Below are positions 1-14,500 of a stretch of 64,000 nucleotides of DNA, piece after piece. Within the stretch, counting starts at the first letter, position 1. Each line of letters begins with the position of its first letter. The DNA is taken from positions 197,995-261,994 of the forward strand of contig NW_019218169.1 in the NCBI RefSeq assembly GCF_002571385.2. Reading direction: 5' to 3'. The notes under the pieces were generated by a model. The model ran no database searches. It saw only the letters and a program-made list of their open reading frames with translations, and was not told the origin of the DNA. Origin of the DNA: Stylophora pistillata (lineage: Eukaryota). Position numbers and translations under genes: made by a program.

Positions 1-640
1 GGGGGGGGGGGGTAGTGTTCTCAGGCAAGACACCTTACAGTAGCTCACAGTGGCTCTTGCCAACCAGGAAAAGAAATTCATACTGTACAAGTATCAACGA
101 CACCTGGCAAAATGCCAGGGGGAAGGGGAGCATGCACTTCACCAACATTCCACCAGCAACCTTCCCTTCTCACTTCAAACAAAATGAATGGAGAAAATTT
201 TTGGCGGCTTCATCCTCCAATATCATTAAATGATATGAAAATATCAGAAACAGAAAATATGTTAACTGAAAATATGTTAACATCAGAAAATATGTTAACT
301 GTTACACACAGTGGGGTACATGTTGAATGCAAGCCGAAATTCTATTGGCTAACTTTGCATGCTCAGTGATTGGTCGACAAACCTCTCCCCACCCTTACAA
401 ACAATCAGATCATTGAAATTACAAAAGTCTAAAATTGAGGCAGCTAATGCTTGATTTTAGCTTGGGTTCTCATTGGCTTAATTATGGACATTTCCCTTGC
501 TTGATTGGCTGATGTGATTCCTTTGGTTTTGATTTAAAGAAACTCAAAAGAAATTAATCCTGAACAAAAAAAAAAGAAAGTTTGCAACTACTGATTAAGG
601 AACCACACTGTGATCAAAATTCCACAAAACAGCTTGTTAC

Positions 641-3600
641 CAATCAACATGAACAATGTTGGTCCTTTGAGCCCTAAAGATGCCACAAATGCGACATTAA
701 GTACTGTAAAGAGCTTCCTTGTTGCCACAGGATGTTGCCAAGTCAATAAGCTGAAACAAAACATATATGCAGCACATATGTTACTGCTGATTCACTCACC
801 ATTTTTACCTGTTTTGAAAATGAGGCTTGTATTGATCAGACCAGTTTTGATGAATCCTACACATTTGGGTAACTAAGGTCAATTTGCAGCTAAGCTTGAA
901 TGCTGGTCACTGAGGGTGTTACTAACAAAATTAAGTTATGTATGACATAGAATCATGAATCACTTTATGTACCAACACCAATTTACTCACTTCTTCACTT
1001 TTTCCAGGGAGTTTGCCATTTTTCCAAGTGTGTTCTAAGAGAGAAATAAACTTATCTGCGATCTTGAAACTTCAAATAATGTTCAAAGCTGACAGGAAAA
1101 GATAGGAGACCGGCCAAGGTGATTGGATGGAATCATCCAATAAAACAGTTTTGGAGATACATCTAACATGTAAATTGAAGGACTGTTATAGTGCAACCAT
1201 AGTGAAACTCACTTGTACTTTCCTTGCCACTTGCAAAACCAGTTGAAATTTATCTGACCAACTGTGATCTTCTGGTTGGCTTGTCTGACAAGTGTGTTGA
1301 AAAATATATGTAACTGTGATTTAGCCCACAATAGATTTACTTCACCTCTAAACCACTCCTCTTCCCCCAATAGAATATTTTTTTTTGCTAATAAAAACTA
1401 AAATTTAAGGTAGTTGTCACCTGCTAAAATTGAATAACAATTAGGCAAATGTTAAGCCCCTAACTCTAAATTTAGAGACACTCACCAGCTATTCATAATA
1501 TTTTGCAATTAACCTCAGTCATGCTTCAAAAAAATCAACTAAAACTCTTTTGCATTCCACAGTGAAAAACTGAGTTACTGTCAGCTACTGTACATCACAA
1601 TCCCATTGCAAACATACTTCTTCTTTTGATTTGTCCATGAATCCCAGAAATCTGGCAATGCCTCTGAAAATATAACCAATGGTCAATACAATAAATTGGT
1701 GGAAAGACAGCAAAGATTGCAAAACATACACAATTTTTTTTGGCAAGCTGGTATGAGAAAAAACAAACTTTGTCACATGTACATGTAATACTCTTATTAT
1801 TACTAAATAGAGAATGATAGATAAATTATAAGTGAAACTTACTTGGCATGGAGATAATTCATAAAGAGCTTCCAGATCATAGTAAAAAGGATCAAGGAAA
1901 GAAGATATCCATACCAAACAGAATACATGTACACCTATAACATGAAAAAAAAACAACATTTCATAATCATACACAATTTCATGGTTGAATAGCTTGCTTG
2001 ATCAAGACAAGGTGGAATTAGAACTTTACCACTAACCACAAATATCAAAAAAGATGCTGTTGGATTTGACCATGTTAACACCTTTCCAACAGACTTGATA
2101 AAACCTGTTATTGGTTTAATTCCAGCACCTGTGCAGAAATAAACAATATTTCAATTCATTTTCTTACCTTTGTGTGTAACTTACAAGGGAATAGAGATAA
2201 TTAGTCATTCCAGGAGAGAATTACTTAATAGTAAATATAAAATGAGTTCTTTAAAGGGTTAAATCATATTAAACACAATACAAAGCAGAACTAAAGTAAG
2301 GCAAATAAAAAATACTCATATTATTATTATTCATAATATTATTATATTAGAAATTCAAAATTGTTGAATCTTTTTAAAAAATATTTAAAGACGTATTTAT
2401 TTAAAGAAGCTTTCAGTTGTTAAATATAGAATTACATTAGATCAAATTATATATATTTTTGTACTTAAACTACACTATTATACATTTTTAGATATTTTAT
2501 TGACATATGTTTAGCATATCTATATTATTAGATTTTTTTCTTTTTCTATTTGTTGTTTTTTTTTTCAGATAGATTTCTGTAACATTTTAGTTTCTGTGCT
2601 GATGAAAATGTATATTGATATTATCGCAATATAAGTTAATATTCTTAATTGTTATTCTTTTAATACTGGTTACTTACTGAATCTGTTGATGTTTTCCCTG
2701 AGCCTAAAGAAAAATTGGAGAGTTAGGGACGCTACTGGTCACACAAAAAATGTTCCATTCATCAGATGATTCTGCAACAGCAAGTCTGAAGAAGATTAAC
2801 TTATTTAACCCTAACAGCAGTATACAAGTTCTCTGTACTGTTATACATTTCCTATCAAAATAGTTATCTACTCAGAGAAAGCTTCTTGAGTTTGCAATCA
2901 TTTCCTTTAATCTTATGACCTAAATATTTGATTCAAGTTGAAGTTGAAGTTGAAGTTCATTTATTTNTTTTAAGCAGGTTGATTAATTGGCAGCTGTAAT
3001 AGCTGATGTGGACCTGCTGTCGTAACCCACCCATCCCACCCCAGGGGAGGACATCCATCACACAGTAATCTCGTGTGTGGGAAATTAACGTCTCCTGCCC
3101 CAACCCTGCAGGAGACGGAACCTCCATTTATTCGTCCCTATCCAAGAAGACTAGAATATCTAACCACTTCTTGATGTTATAGAAAGGTAGCAAATTCTTC
3201 TCAATTATTTTAAGACCTTTGAGTGTTGGTCCGGCCGGGGCTCGAACCCTCGACCTCCCGCACTACAGTCCAGCGCTCTATCCATTGAGCTAACCGGGAG
3301 GCGGTGATACCATTGGAAGAAATTAGATGCTGGTCACTCTTATGGGTTATGAGATTAATAAACATTGGACAACCTCATATCTAAGGGTAACTTACGTCTT
3401 GATGGCCAAGGGGTCACCCTCCCCATCCTCCTCCTCAGTGTCTTCAGGTTCATCATTAACGAAATCCCACAGTCTGTCCGCCAACTAATGACCATAAAGA
3501 ATACTGAGTGTAAATTAAATGTTTAGGGGTTTGCAACTCAATCCCCTCTGGAAGTGGACAGGATGCCAATCCATCACAGGGTGTGCCTGAATAATGTTTG

Positions 3601-6600
3601 TTTTAGATTACCTCCCTGGATGGAGAGAGGCAGTCTCTAAGGGAAAATGTCTTGTCCAGAACAACATAGTGAATCTGCCAGGGCTTGAAGCTGGTCACCA
3701 TAATTATAACCAACCACAGCTTCCACTAACTGTACATACAATTGAAGGTACAGTCAAACCTTGATTATCTGGACCTCCATTATCCAGATTTTGCAATTAT
3801 CCAGATTTTTTCCTCTGGTCCGAATTTTTCATGAATATTTATTAGTCATGATCAAGATCCGTAGCCACATTCTTTTTAAAAGTACAGCATTGAAAAATGA
3901 AGTAAAGGTGATGCTCTTTTTAAAGACAAATTACTGCAGACTTACTTCAACATTTTGGGCTGATATAAAAACATTTTTCATTAATTTTGATTGTTAATAC
4001 ACACGTGTACATGTAGAGGTATTCATGTAGGACAGTGAAGATGTAGACCATATCTTTTTCATTTAACGATTTGTAAATGTTCTGTTTCAGGATTAAATGT
4101 CGCTTTCTTGATTTAATCAGTTTTTGTTCCTCATTAATATTCATATTCTCGATTATTTGGACCCTTGATTATCTGGATTATTTCGTCTAGTCCCAATGAG
4201 TCCCGAAAATTGATGTTCAACTGTAGCAAGAAAGACTAAAGGAAATAGCAAAGTAGTAAAAGAACACAAACAGTAGGTCATCAGTTGAGAGAAGGAAGTT
4301 TATTTATTTACTTTATTTACAAGCTAACTGCTGATAGGCAGGGACACTGCAACAGCTTTTCTGCCAATCACTGCAGGCCCAGTAACCCACTCGTCCCACC
4401 CCAGATCCATCACACAGTAATCTCGTGCATGGGAAATTAACATCTCCTACCCCTAACCCTGCAGGAGACGGGACCTCCATTTATTCGTCCCTATCCGAGA
4501 AGACTAGAATATCTAACCGTTTCTTGATATTATAGAAAGGTAGCATATTCTTCTCAATTATTTAAGACCTTAGCTTGAGTGTTGGTCCAGCCGGGGCTTG
4601 AACCCTCGACCTCCCGCACAATAGCTAGTCCAGCGCTCTATCCATTGGGCTAACCGGGAGGCGGTCAGTTAGAAGGGAAAGTTAGAAAGTTAGAAAGTTA
4701 GAAAGGAAGGTAATGATATTATGTGCAGCCTCTCCTACTATCAAAGCTGCTATAGAAATAACGGACAGAATTGTGATAATCATCTCACCATGTCAACTGC
4801 TTTTGCTTTCCAGATTTCCAGTTTTGAGAAGGGAAGGTAATGATATTATGTGCAGCCTCTCCTACTATCAAAGCTGCTATAGAAATAACGGACAGAATTG
4901 TGATAATCATCTCACCATGTCAACTGCTTTTGCTTTCCAGATTTCCAGTTTTGTTTTGACATGCTGCACTCTGTGGCTTTCTCTGTCAACTTTTAAAAAG
5001 GGAAAAAATGATTCATACATGTACATGAATATGTCACTTGAAATCTAGGACTTTATTAAAAAAAAAAAACAAGACTGAATGTTTGGCACAAACACACACA
5101 CACACATACACACACACACACACCAAAAACTTCAAAATATTGATGGGTGAGTTCTTATGACATAAAAATGGTCTCCTTACCAGATTCAAGAGCTGCCTGT
5201 TCCTCTAACTGATCTCTTGTTTGACTACCACCAAGCATTTCATATGTTTCCTGATTTTCTTCTGGTTGAGTTCCATGTCTGCCATTTGTGACATGCAATG
5301 AGGAATGTGGCTCATCCTCTCTTCCAAGATGCACCCAGTCATCACCACGGTCTCCTTCTGAGTCGACAGTTCCCTGATAACCACTCCTTGATCTTGGATC
5401 GATTCTACTTGCATTTTTCCTTTCAATTGAAATTTTGGTGTTACAATTAAAATAATAATAGGATACCAGGAACTAATATTATTCCAGACTACTGCGTAAG
5501 TTTCATATGCATGAAACGAACTTCTCAATCTCTTACCTATGTAGTTTTGAACTGGATGATTTCTGTTTTTGTTTAAGCTTCTCTCTTAGTTCATTATTTT
5601 TTGCTCTTTCTTCTTGGATTTCCTTTTGAAGTTTGTGAATATCCACGGCCTTCAGCTTTTCCACTTGTGCACCTGAAGTGATACAAAGACCAAAATTACT
5701 TGTTTCATTGACAATATTTATTTGGGGTGTAATTATTTATGACAATTAAGCTTCAAAAAGATGTTACATAGTTAATGCCCTATAATGAAACCATTTGAAT
5801 TTCATGAGAGGCTGGAGGATATATTTTACAGCAAAATGCTGACCAAAAATGAAAAGACTAAAAAAATATAATTTTGCGATCTGTGGTTCTAACAATTGCT
5901 CCAATTTAAGAAAGAAATCTCTTTTCCTCTTGAATTCTTTGCACAATGGAAAAGTTAATAGATGCATAGAAAGGAGTCATTCATCCACTGAAGATAATTA
6001 TATTTTCCCATTGTTTTAGATAAAATAAATCTATTTTTCTAAATGAGAAGTGGAAAGGGGTGTGAAAAAATCAAGGAGCTTCAGCTGCTGTTTTTTTTTA
6101 AATCAGAGCTATCAGTTAGCTCAATGGATAAAGTGCTGGACTGTTGTGTGGGAGGTTGAGTGTTCGAGCCCCAGCCGGACCAACACTCAAGGCCTAAATC
6201 GAGAAGAATATGCTACCTTAATTGAGAAGAATATGCTATCTTTCTATAACATCAAGAAATGGTTAGATATTCTTCTCGGATTGGGATGAATAAATGGAGG
6301 TCCTGTCTCCTGCAGGGTTAGGGGTAGGAGACGTTAATTTCCCACACGCGAGATTACTGTGTGATGGATGTCCTCCCCTGGGTGGGATGGGTTGGTTTCC
6401 ACATTTGCATTCAAACAAGCTCATGTGCGATATGTGGTTAAATAACATTACTTACTTATGAAAGAGTGAAAAATTGAGTCTAGCATCCTGACCTCAGTCA
6501 AAGCTCAAAGGATAGATGACCTTATCCATCAAATAAATATCTGTCTGCTTGATAGCAAGGTATCTTCAACACTTACCTATTTATCTGTTAGATAGCTGGC

Positions 6601-7285
6601 GTTATCTGCTATTTGAACAACTGGGCCCAGCTCTTTGTACACCAGCCTCCGTGTCTACAAACCCCCTTGTTAGCAGTCTCTCCCCCCCCAGGTAGTGGCT
6701 TCCCCCTCCCTCTCCTTCCCCCGTTCTTATTCCCACCTTTTGCACAGGCAGGCCTTTCTCTCTGAGATTTAATTCTAACATTTAACTGAACTATCATCCT
6801 TTATCTGTAATCTTTTACTTACTCATGTCCTGATAATCGATCATGGTGTTAAGAAGCTGTTCTTGCAGTTGAGCAAGCTGGGTTTCATATATCTCTCTTT
6901 CTGAGCTTGAAAATTCCCCCCCTCTATTGTGAGTAACCCTTTGATCACAGTCCACCTTGCCAACATGAAGCTCGTGTGACGTACAAGGTTTCGTAGAGCC
7001 ATCTTCTTCATTCAAGCTTTCCTTATCGGAGCTGCTACTGTGGGTGGATTCGTGAAAATCGTGGTTGAAATCTGTGGTTAGAACCTCGTCATTTGTATTG
7101 TAATCAACTGCCTCCGCGACAAGTGCGTTTAAATTTTCACGATGATCACCATTCGAATTTTTAGCATCTTCGTGACCTACATCGCGGTGAAAGAAGAAGT
7201 GCGGTCTTCCATGAGAACTCTTTCCTTGATTCTCATCTTTAGTCGAATCAGCTGCTTGCTTTCCACGAAAAGCAGATCGAAGCAT
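641..7285 (-). CDS. GRAMD4: GRAM domain-containing protein 4, 5' part (12 exons seen; 3' end incl. GRAM domain lies beyond the window start)
   Basis: Phase-consistent GT-AG exons 7285-6823, 5672-5537, 5404-5181, 4989-4916, 3484-3396, 2703-2678, 2128-2037, 1934-1843, 1663-1618, 1284-1213, 1034-991, 750-641. Translation ...DPLAIKTLRENINRFSAGIKPITGF...VYMYSVWYG...SDKFQLVLQVARKVQNTLGKMANSLEKVKNLLTWQHP matches recalled human GRAMD4 (SEKFQLVLDVAQKAQNLFGKMADILEKIKNLFMW). The start ATG abuts an N gap, so it is uncertain. Confidence 0.9.
2935..3305 (-). mobile_element. tRNA-derived SINE (Deu/Nin-like core)
   Basis: Reverse strand has A-box GGTTAGCTCAATGG, B-box GGTTCGAGCCC, core TCTTCTTGGATAGGGACGAATAAA and a (AACTTC)n tail; four more copies in the window. 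Confidence 0.85.
3751..4223. mobile_element. Non-autonomous Tc1/mariner(pogo)-like MITE
   Basis: TA|CAGTCAAACC ... GTTCAACTG|TA termini; internal GATTATCTGGA repeats near both ends. Confidence 0.6.
4296..4665 (-). mobile_element. tRNA-derived SINE, same family
   Basis: Close similarity to 2935-3305. Confidence 0.85.
4703..4952. repeat. ~125-bp perfect tandem duplication overlapping a GRAMD4 exon/donor
   Basis: GGAAGGTAATGATATTATG...CCAGTTTTG occurs twice back to back. Confidence 0.9.
6109..6395 (+). mobile_element. tRNA-derived SINE, same family
   Basis: AGTTAGCTCAATGG...GTTCGAGCCC...TTCTCGGATTGGGATGAATAAA. Confidence 0.8.
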
Positions 7286-7726
7286 ACTNNNNNNNNNNNN
7301 NNNNNNNNNGGGGGGGGGTGTATGATAAAGAGGTAAAGCCTCATCAATTCTATCTTCCTGACTTAAAATGAGTTCACCTGTATGGTCTAACAAGCTTCAA
7401 TTTAAGTTTTTTCAAGTTTATTTGCTTAGGGTTGCGTGTGTGTGTTCTTTCGGGAAAAATAAAAATAATAATAATAAAAATAAAACAAAAAATAATAATA
7501 ATAATAAAATAATAATTAACATCACCCTCCTCACCCTCTTAGAAAAGTAGTCCCATAATGCAGCGAGATCGTTTTTGAAGGCCATGTTCGTAATTCACGA
7601 GCCTAAGTCCAAGCAGTGTAAACACCTGGCAGGGCCGCGGGCTTTCCGAACAGTTTCCAAACAGAAAAGGAGTTTCGATTCTTGAGTTATTTAATTAGAA
7701 ATGCTTCATGTTCTCCCAGCGATGAA
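7286..7726. promoter_or_regulatory. Putative GRAMD4/CERK bidirectional promoter with Staf/ZNF143-like site
   Basis: Divergent ATGs ~440 bp apart (includes an N gap); GTAGTCCCATAATGCA at ~7547-7562 resembles the SBS consensus; locally CpG-richer. Confidence 0.5.
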
Positions 7727-8828
7727 ATGAACGAAGCAAGCGTGTCTGAACGCGGTTTGAAGGGTGTTTTTAAGTTAAAAGGGAAGCTGTATGATGTTTA
7801 TCTTGACGAAAATGAAATCGTCTGGACACTACAAGGCGAGTTGAGTTCAGGTATTTTAGTAAGCATTCTAAAATCAGTGGCTTATCTCGAAAGCGTCGCT
7901 CGTCTGTTTGTGATGCTTGTTTCGTAAGTAATATTGTTCTCCGATTAAACTAAAAGCTTTGTTTTACAAGTTATCGTGAACCGTTTGACATCATGTCAAT
8001 TATTGACATCAATTATTGACTTGTACGTGTAAACTTTCGAGCTAAGTTTTAACTTGACTCAGTTGCATAAATTAAATGTGTTCATAATTTTCCTCTTATG
8101 GCTATATACTTCCTCATAACTGTTAGGCTGATCTACAGTGTAGTTATCCAGATCAATTATACTCTTTAAGCTAACTATGAAGTATAATGCGACTGAGTGA
8201 AGCGTAACAAACTATAGGAAACTGAAACAACTGTTTCACGCAGAAAGTAAATGTTTTGAAAGAATACGTGTCCTGATAGAAAAAAACTTTCTAACCTTAT
8301 GCAAATGAAATATATCAATTATAAGATATGTAAAAAGTTGAGAAGACGTTTCAAATGTACAGTCAGTTTGTAGCCAGAAGTTCGTGTCACGAGTGCTTGT
8401 AGCATTTCTCCTTTACTTAAGTGTGATCATTTCAAGTATTGAGGTCATTCAAGCCTTTTCATGATTTTGATCAACTGAAACACCTGAAAGGTGTTTCAAT
8501 ATATTTTTCAGGTATGAGTGGGTGGCTTTCTATGGCATGTTGCCTTTATACATCCAAGAAAGTAGATTTTCTCCTCATTTATTTAACACCCAAGACAGTT
8601 AATAATTAACAATTATTTGCCGAAGGCAAGGTGAATATCGTCGAATAATCCCCGAGACGAATTCGAGGGGATTATTCAACAATATTTACCAAACCTGAGG
8701 CGAATAATTGTTTTAGTATAATTTAAGAGCTGAACAACAGAGAAATTTCTAAAATCATTACATTTTAGTAACATTTATTAACATTTTATTTTAACATTTT
8801 ATATAAACTGCGTGGAGCGGTTTATATA

Positions 8829-8867
<39 letters not shown>

Positions 8868-11524
8868 AAACTCTTTGCTCAGCTCTGAAATTATACTAAA
8901 ACAATTATTCGCCTCAGGTTCGGTGAATATTGTAGAATAATCCCCTTGACTTCGTCTCGGGGATTATTCGACGACATTCACCTCGCCTTCAGCAAATAAT
9001 TGTTAATTGTCAACTTTGCATAAGAAATTGCAGTATTTTATGAATTGACTAAGCTCTTGTTGATGTAAACAGCCTCTAGCACACGCAATTACAAGCTTTG
9101 CACAAGATCTGTGAAACTGTCAGATATCATTGGTGCATGGATAGCAAAACGACGCAAACCTAAAAATGAAAGGAAGGATGGTGAACTTGTTGGATTTACT
9201 ATTTTTACCTTCAATAAAGCTCACAACAGGAAGCTGTGTGAAGCAAGGATAACATTTGAGAGTGATGATCAAAATGTCTGTGACATGTGGATTGTTAAGA
9301 TCAATGACACTTTACAGAGTAAGTTTTAGCCTAATCAACTATGCAGGATTTCTTTTGGTTCAACTCTGTATGGGCTACACTAACAAAAGTTAATGTAGCC
9401 TGTAATGCAGGTAGTTTTGTACACTCTTTCAGGCAGTTAAAGCCAGAGCTGAGAAAAGAGCAAATAAATAAGAAAACTGAATACCCATCACCAGTTAATG
9501 GTATGATATTTGTAAAAGGTGGTATTATAAAGGAGTCCCAAGGATAATTTTTTTAGATGCTGCATCTAATTCTCAGAATTAGTCAACAATGAATTGATAA
9601 ATCTCTGACCTAGCATAGTCTGTGGCAAAAATAATTTATTTCTAGTCTGTTACTTACTTGTGAATCACAATTTGCCAAGGGCTTATATCACACAATTCCT
9701 TTTAGCACTTGTACATTTAGGCTATAATTATCTTAGATTTTTATTTGTGCACTGTCACAAATTTATAGTGCAAATTTATAGAATTCTTATCATTCTGCGG
9801 TCTCGCATGCACAATTTCTGACAACATTTAAACTCTTTTTTATTGTTTATTTTTAGGTATTCCTAGTAGACCTCATAAGTTGAAAGTAGTAATAAATCCC
9901 AGAAGTAAAAAAGGCCAAGCGAGGCTTGTGTATCTGAAACAAGTTGCGCCATTATTTGAGAAAGCTGGCATCACGGCAGATCTTTTGAGTAAGTTATTTG
10001 TAGTACTTGCTGTTACTCATATGCAGTTATAGTGGTATATTTTTGTGGGAAGTTGTGAGATCATACAAGCTCAAAAACATGTGTTGTTAGCTGCATCTGT
10101 GTATATCAACTTGTATTGTATATGGCAGTCATAGTATACCCTCCCAAAATTTTGTGTAAATTGATAAACACATTAATTTTATTAGTCACATGTAACAAAG
10201 TGCAGATTACTAGCATTTAACAATTTGCTTTCCAAAAATATATCATTTATCATGTATTTATGTAACAATTTGCCAAAGGTAGGTAAATTTATAATAGGAC
10301 AAGGTTGTCCCCTATACTAGGTAAATAACCTTACTCTTACAATTACTCAATATTTGTGGAATGTAAAGACTTTGGGGTCTAAATTTGGCAAAGTCACTGA
10401 TTCCATTCTGACTTACATAGTTTTTTAACTCAGACTGGCAACAATTTTATTAATTTTTTGGCTATTAATTGCAACCCTCTTTAAATAAAGAGTTAACTTA
10501 CTTACTCACTCACTGGCATGCAAAATAGAATCTGTAATTGTATGTCTGCTGTGGGATAAGCAAATAGATTCAAATGCATATATGCATTTTCCTGAAATTT
10601 TTCTGCAAAGCTTGAAGTATAATTTGTTCATGTGCAAACATTAAAAAGGTTAATTTAAATTGTAATATTATGATAATTAAATTAATCATCGTGAAATTTT
10701 ATTGGCTGAGATAAAATTTGAATTATATATAAACAACTTTAAAATCTCTAATAAGTTGGATATAAAACCTATTTAGTGACACAGTGGGCAGGGCATGCTT
10801 GGGAGTTCTTCCGAACTGCAGAGCTTTCCACATATGATGGGTAAGGAAATATCTTTCTCTTTGGCTAAATATTGGTTAAATATTGCATAAATAGCACTAT
10901 CTACTGCGAAGGATCGTGCATCATACGTATCTTTCTCTTTGTTAGTGATAATTTGCTGAGCCCAAAAGTAATAACTTTATACTGTAAAGTAAATAATTAT
11001 GCAATAAAGCAAAATCCTAGAATTTTAAAGTAAATAATAAGATATTTCCTGCATAGATTTTAACCATTGCAGTTAAATTAGAGAATTCTCCCCCCAAAAA
11101 AATAATTAGTTAAGTGCTTGGTTAAGATTGAAGCAAAATCATAGCAATGATAAATAACTGTAAACACCACTTAAGTGTAATGTTTCAAAATGATATAAAC
11201 TAATTCTAATGCTAATGAAAGTATTTCCTTAGAAACTTACAGGTGAATTTTAGATTAAAAGCAGGCTCATAATGAATTTTTATCAAATTGCTATGGTTAG
11301 AAAATAGTTAAGCTGTTTTCAGTTAACAGCTATCACTGCAAGATGTATTTTGAAAATGTTGCCTGGATAGACAAATGAACCATTTTTGGTGTCATTTAAT
11401 ACTCCCAGTGATACAACATTGACTTTATCTTTTTTTAAATAAAGAAATAAAGGCCTTTGTAGCCTGCAGTTAGCAAAGCTATTCTAGGCGGGCTACCTAA
11501 ACAGACACTGTATAGGCGGATTCA

Positions 11525-11556
<32 letters not shown>

Positions 11557-14500
11557 TGCATACGGCTTTGCGTAAAGAAGGAAGCATGTTAGATACAAAT
11601 TGACTTCAGGCAGCCAAAGAGCTAGAAAACCTTAGTACATGGTGAAATTTTTAGCTCTTTGGGTGTAATATTCAAGGAGAAATAGTCCATCAAAAACTGC
11701 AAAATTTCTGGGTGGCAAAAGTGCTAATGAGCTCATACATTCCATGTAAAATTTTGAGTTTTTAAACCGGTGTTGCACAAAAAGTATTCAATGCATCAGG
11801 CTCGTATTCATTGGCCGGGTTAGTCATACTTTGACCTTTTGATATTCAGAACTGATTTATTTTTAGCTCCATCAGAAACTGAATTGCTTATGCTAATGAG
11901 GCAAATATTGTAAACAAGGATTCCCAAGGCTCTCTCTCACACACACACGCATGCACACGCGCACGCGCAATGATTAAATAAATAAATAAATGAGCAAATA
12001 AAAATAAATAATAAATAATAGTAGTGATAATCATGTCAAAGGTTTTAACTGAGCCAGTCACACAAGGGATTTTTAACAGGTCAAAGAGAAAGCTAATCAG
12101 TTGAAATACAAATATAAGCTAGAAAGGTCAAGGTAGTGCAAGTCAACATTCATCTCCTCAATTTCAAGAATTTTCAAAAGCAGGCAAGTTAGCTTATTCT
12201 ATCATGTAAGAAATAATTTGTCCTGCAATTATTTCTTACATGATAAGAAATAATTGCAGGACTAATTTTTTGAATGTGAAAATTTTCAGGGTTGTTTGTG
12301 TTGGAGGAGATGGTACTGTACATGAAGTTGTTAATGGATTATTAGAGAAGTCTCATGGAAATATTGGAATTGATCTGGTAGATGGAACCCTACCAGAGAA
12401 GTTCAGTGCTCTGCCACTCAGAATGCCAATTGGAATCATTCCTGCAGGTACCACTGATTCAATGCAACATCTGTGATTAAAGGGGCTTCTATGCTTTGGA
12501 GATTGGTCACAGGAATTATTATTGTCACAGATTTGTTTGCAGTACACTGCAATTTAGATTCTAGTTTTTAGTGTCCTTATAGAGAAGAGAAGTATTTTTT
12601 CCTCAAATCTACACTTTAAGATCCAGAAAAAAAAATCTTTAAGGTTGTCTAGTATGTTAACTTGAAACTGGAGCCTCAAAACTTGATCCTCAATTCTTGG
12701 AAGTTTCAAGAAGCAAGAATCAAGCTTTAGGAAAAACTATCAACTTACTTTTGAGCTTTTGTTGTTCCTTCAACTGAAACTAAATTGATCAGATGATGAG
12801 GTTTCCATTCACAACACTCATTCCAAATAATAGTCATGATTTGAAACTTTCAAGTTTGCTTTTCTGCCTGTCGGAAGTTATGTAAAGTAAGGATATAAAA
12901 TGAACTTTATTCTAGGGAACACACTTTACATGTTCCCATTCTGTAATAATGATCTGAACAATCAAACAAGTTTAAATATTGATTGATTTCAAATATTGTC
13001 AAGGAATATATATTTATAAAGTATTACATTTAATTACTTTTTAGGTTCAACAGAGGTGGTGGTTTATTCAGCACAGGGATCTAATGATCCTGTTACATCT
13101 GCTATACATATAATTTTAGGTAATATCTCCACAAATAGCTTTTATTATGAGTTTTTCTCTTCTATACATAGTACAAAATTGAGGTTAAAACACTCCTGAA
13201 CTTGTTTTGAGCCCTTTTTTGCATTAAAAAAAATACCTCCTTTTCTTCTGAAAACTCTCCAGGAAAGTGGCAAAATTAATTGTGTGATTTTCTTGGATGA
13301 TGTCAACTGGTGTAACTCACATCAAAACATGGTGAAAAGCAACAGAAAGACAGAGAACAAAAAGGAGGCCAAAAAGTGTCACAAATAACTATGCACACAC
13401 TCCATACTATATAAATGTACACATACTGTATACTTAAAGTTGCAAACACACTGCTTGCTATATCGATGTGCACATACTGCATAATATACAGATGCCCACA
13501 GACTGCATACTATAGATGTAACCGCCTCCCCGTTAGCTCAATTGGTTAGAGCGCTGGATTGTGTTGTGTGGGAGGTTGAGGGTTTGAGTCCCGGCTGGAC
13601 CAATACTCATGGACTTAAAATAACTGAGGAGAATGTACTACCTTTCTTTAATATCAAGAAATGGATAGATATTCTAGTCTTCTCAGATAAGGACAAATAA
13701 ACCGTAGGCCCATCTCTAGCAGGGTTAGGGGTAGGAGACAATAATTTCCCACGCATGTGATTACTGTGTGGTGGATGTCCTTCCCTGGGGTGGGATGGGT
13801 GGGAAGGTGAGATTATTACATAGACTGAAGCGGCTGCCAGAGGCGCCTGTTAATGCTGACGTCTGATCTCAACCTTTAATCATTGTAACGAAACCCGTTT
13901 GTTGTTTAGAGTGCCTAAGACTTTCTCTCTTTCTTTCATGTACACACACTGCATACTATATAGATGCACACACTGCATACTATTATAATACATGCACACG
14001 CTGCATACTTTATAGATGCACACACACTGCATACTACAGACTGTATGTAGATGTAGGTGTTTCCCTAGAATCCTGTTTTAGAGCAAAATGTATCAAATTT
14101 GTGCACCTATGTATTTATAAACTTCTAAATGTTTATCACATTTTTGTCTTTTTTATACTTGTGAGAGAAGGATTGCTCCTGTGTATTACAGATCCCTTGG
14201 AAATTGGTTTTAATCAACACAATTGTACAGAGTTAAAAATAGTACTTATCTCTATCTTACATGTATTTGCTTTAGGTCACACAATATCATTGGATATATG
14301 TTCCCTGTGGAGTGACAACAAACACATCAGGTTCACATTTTCTCTGGCTTATGGCTTCCTTGGAGATGTGTTGAAAACTAGTGAGCAACATCGTTGGATG
14401 GGTCCAAAAAGATACAAATGGGGAGCTGCCAGGAGACTCTGGAAACTGAGGCAAACTAATTAAAAATTGATTCTAAAACAGTATTTCCTGATGCTGAATG

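Noticed and set aside
3225-3305. tRNA genes here and near 4590, 6110, 13521, 34126
   Set aside because: tRNA-like heads run into a shared SINE body and lack a proper acceptor stem
7286-7393. N-terminal extension of ORF 6815..7393
   Set aside because: It reads through an N gap of unknown true length
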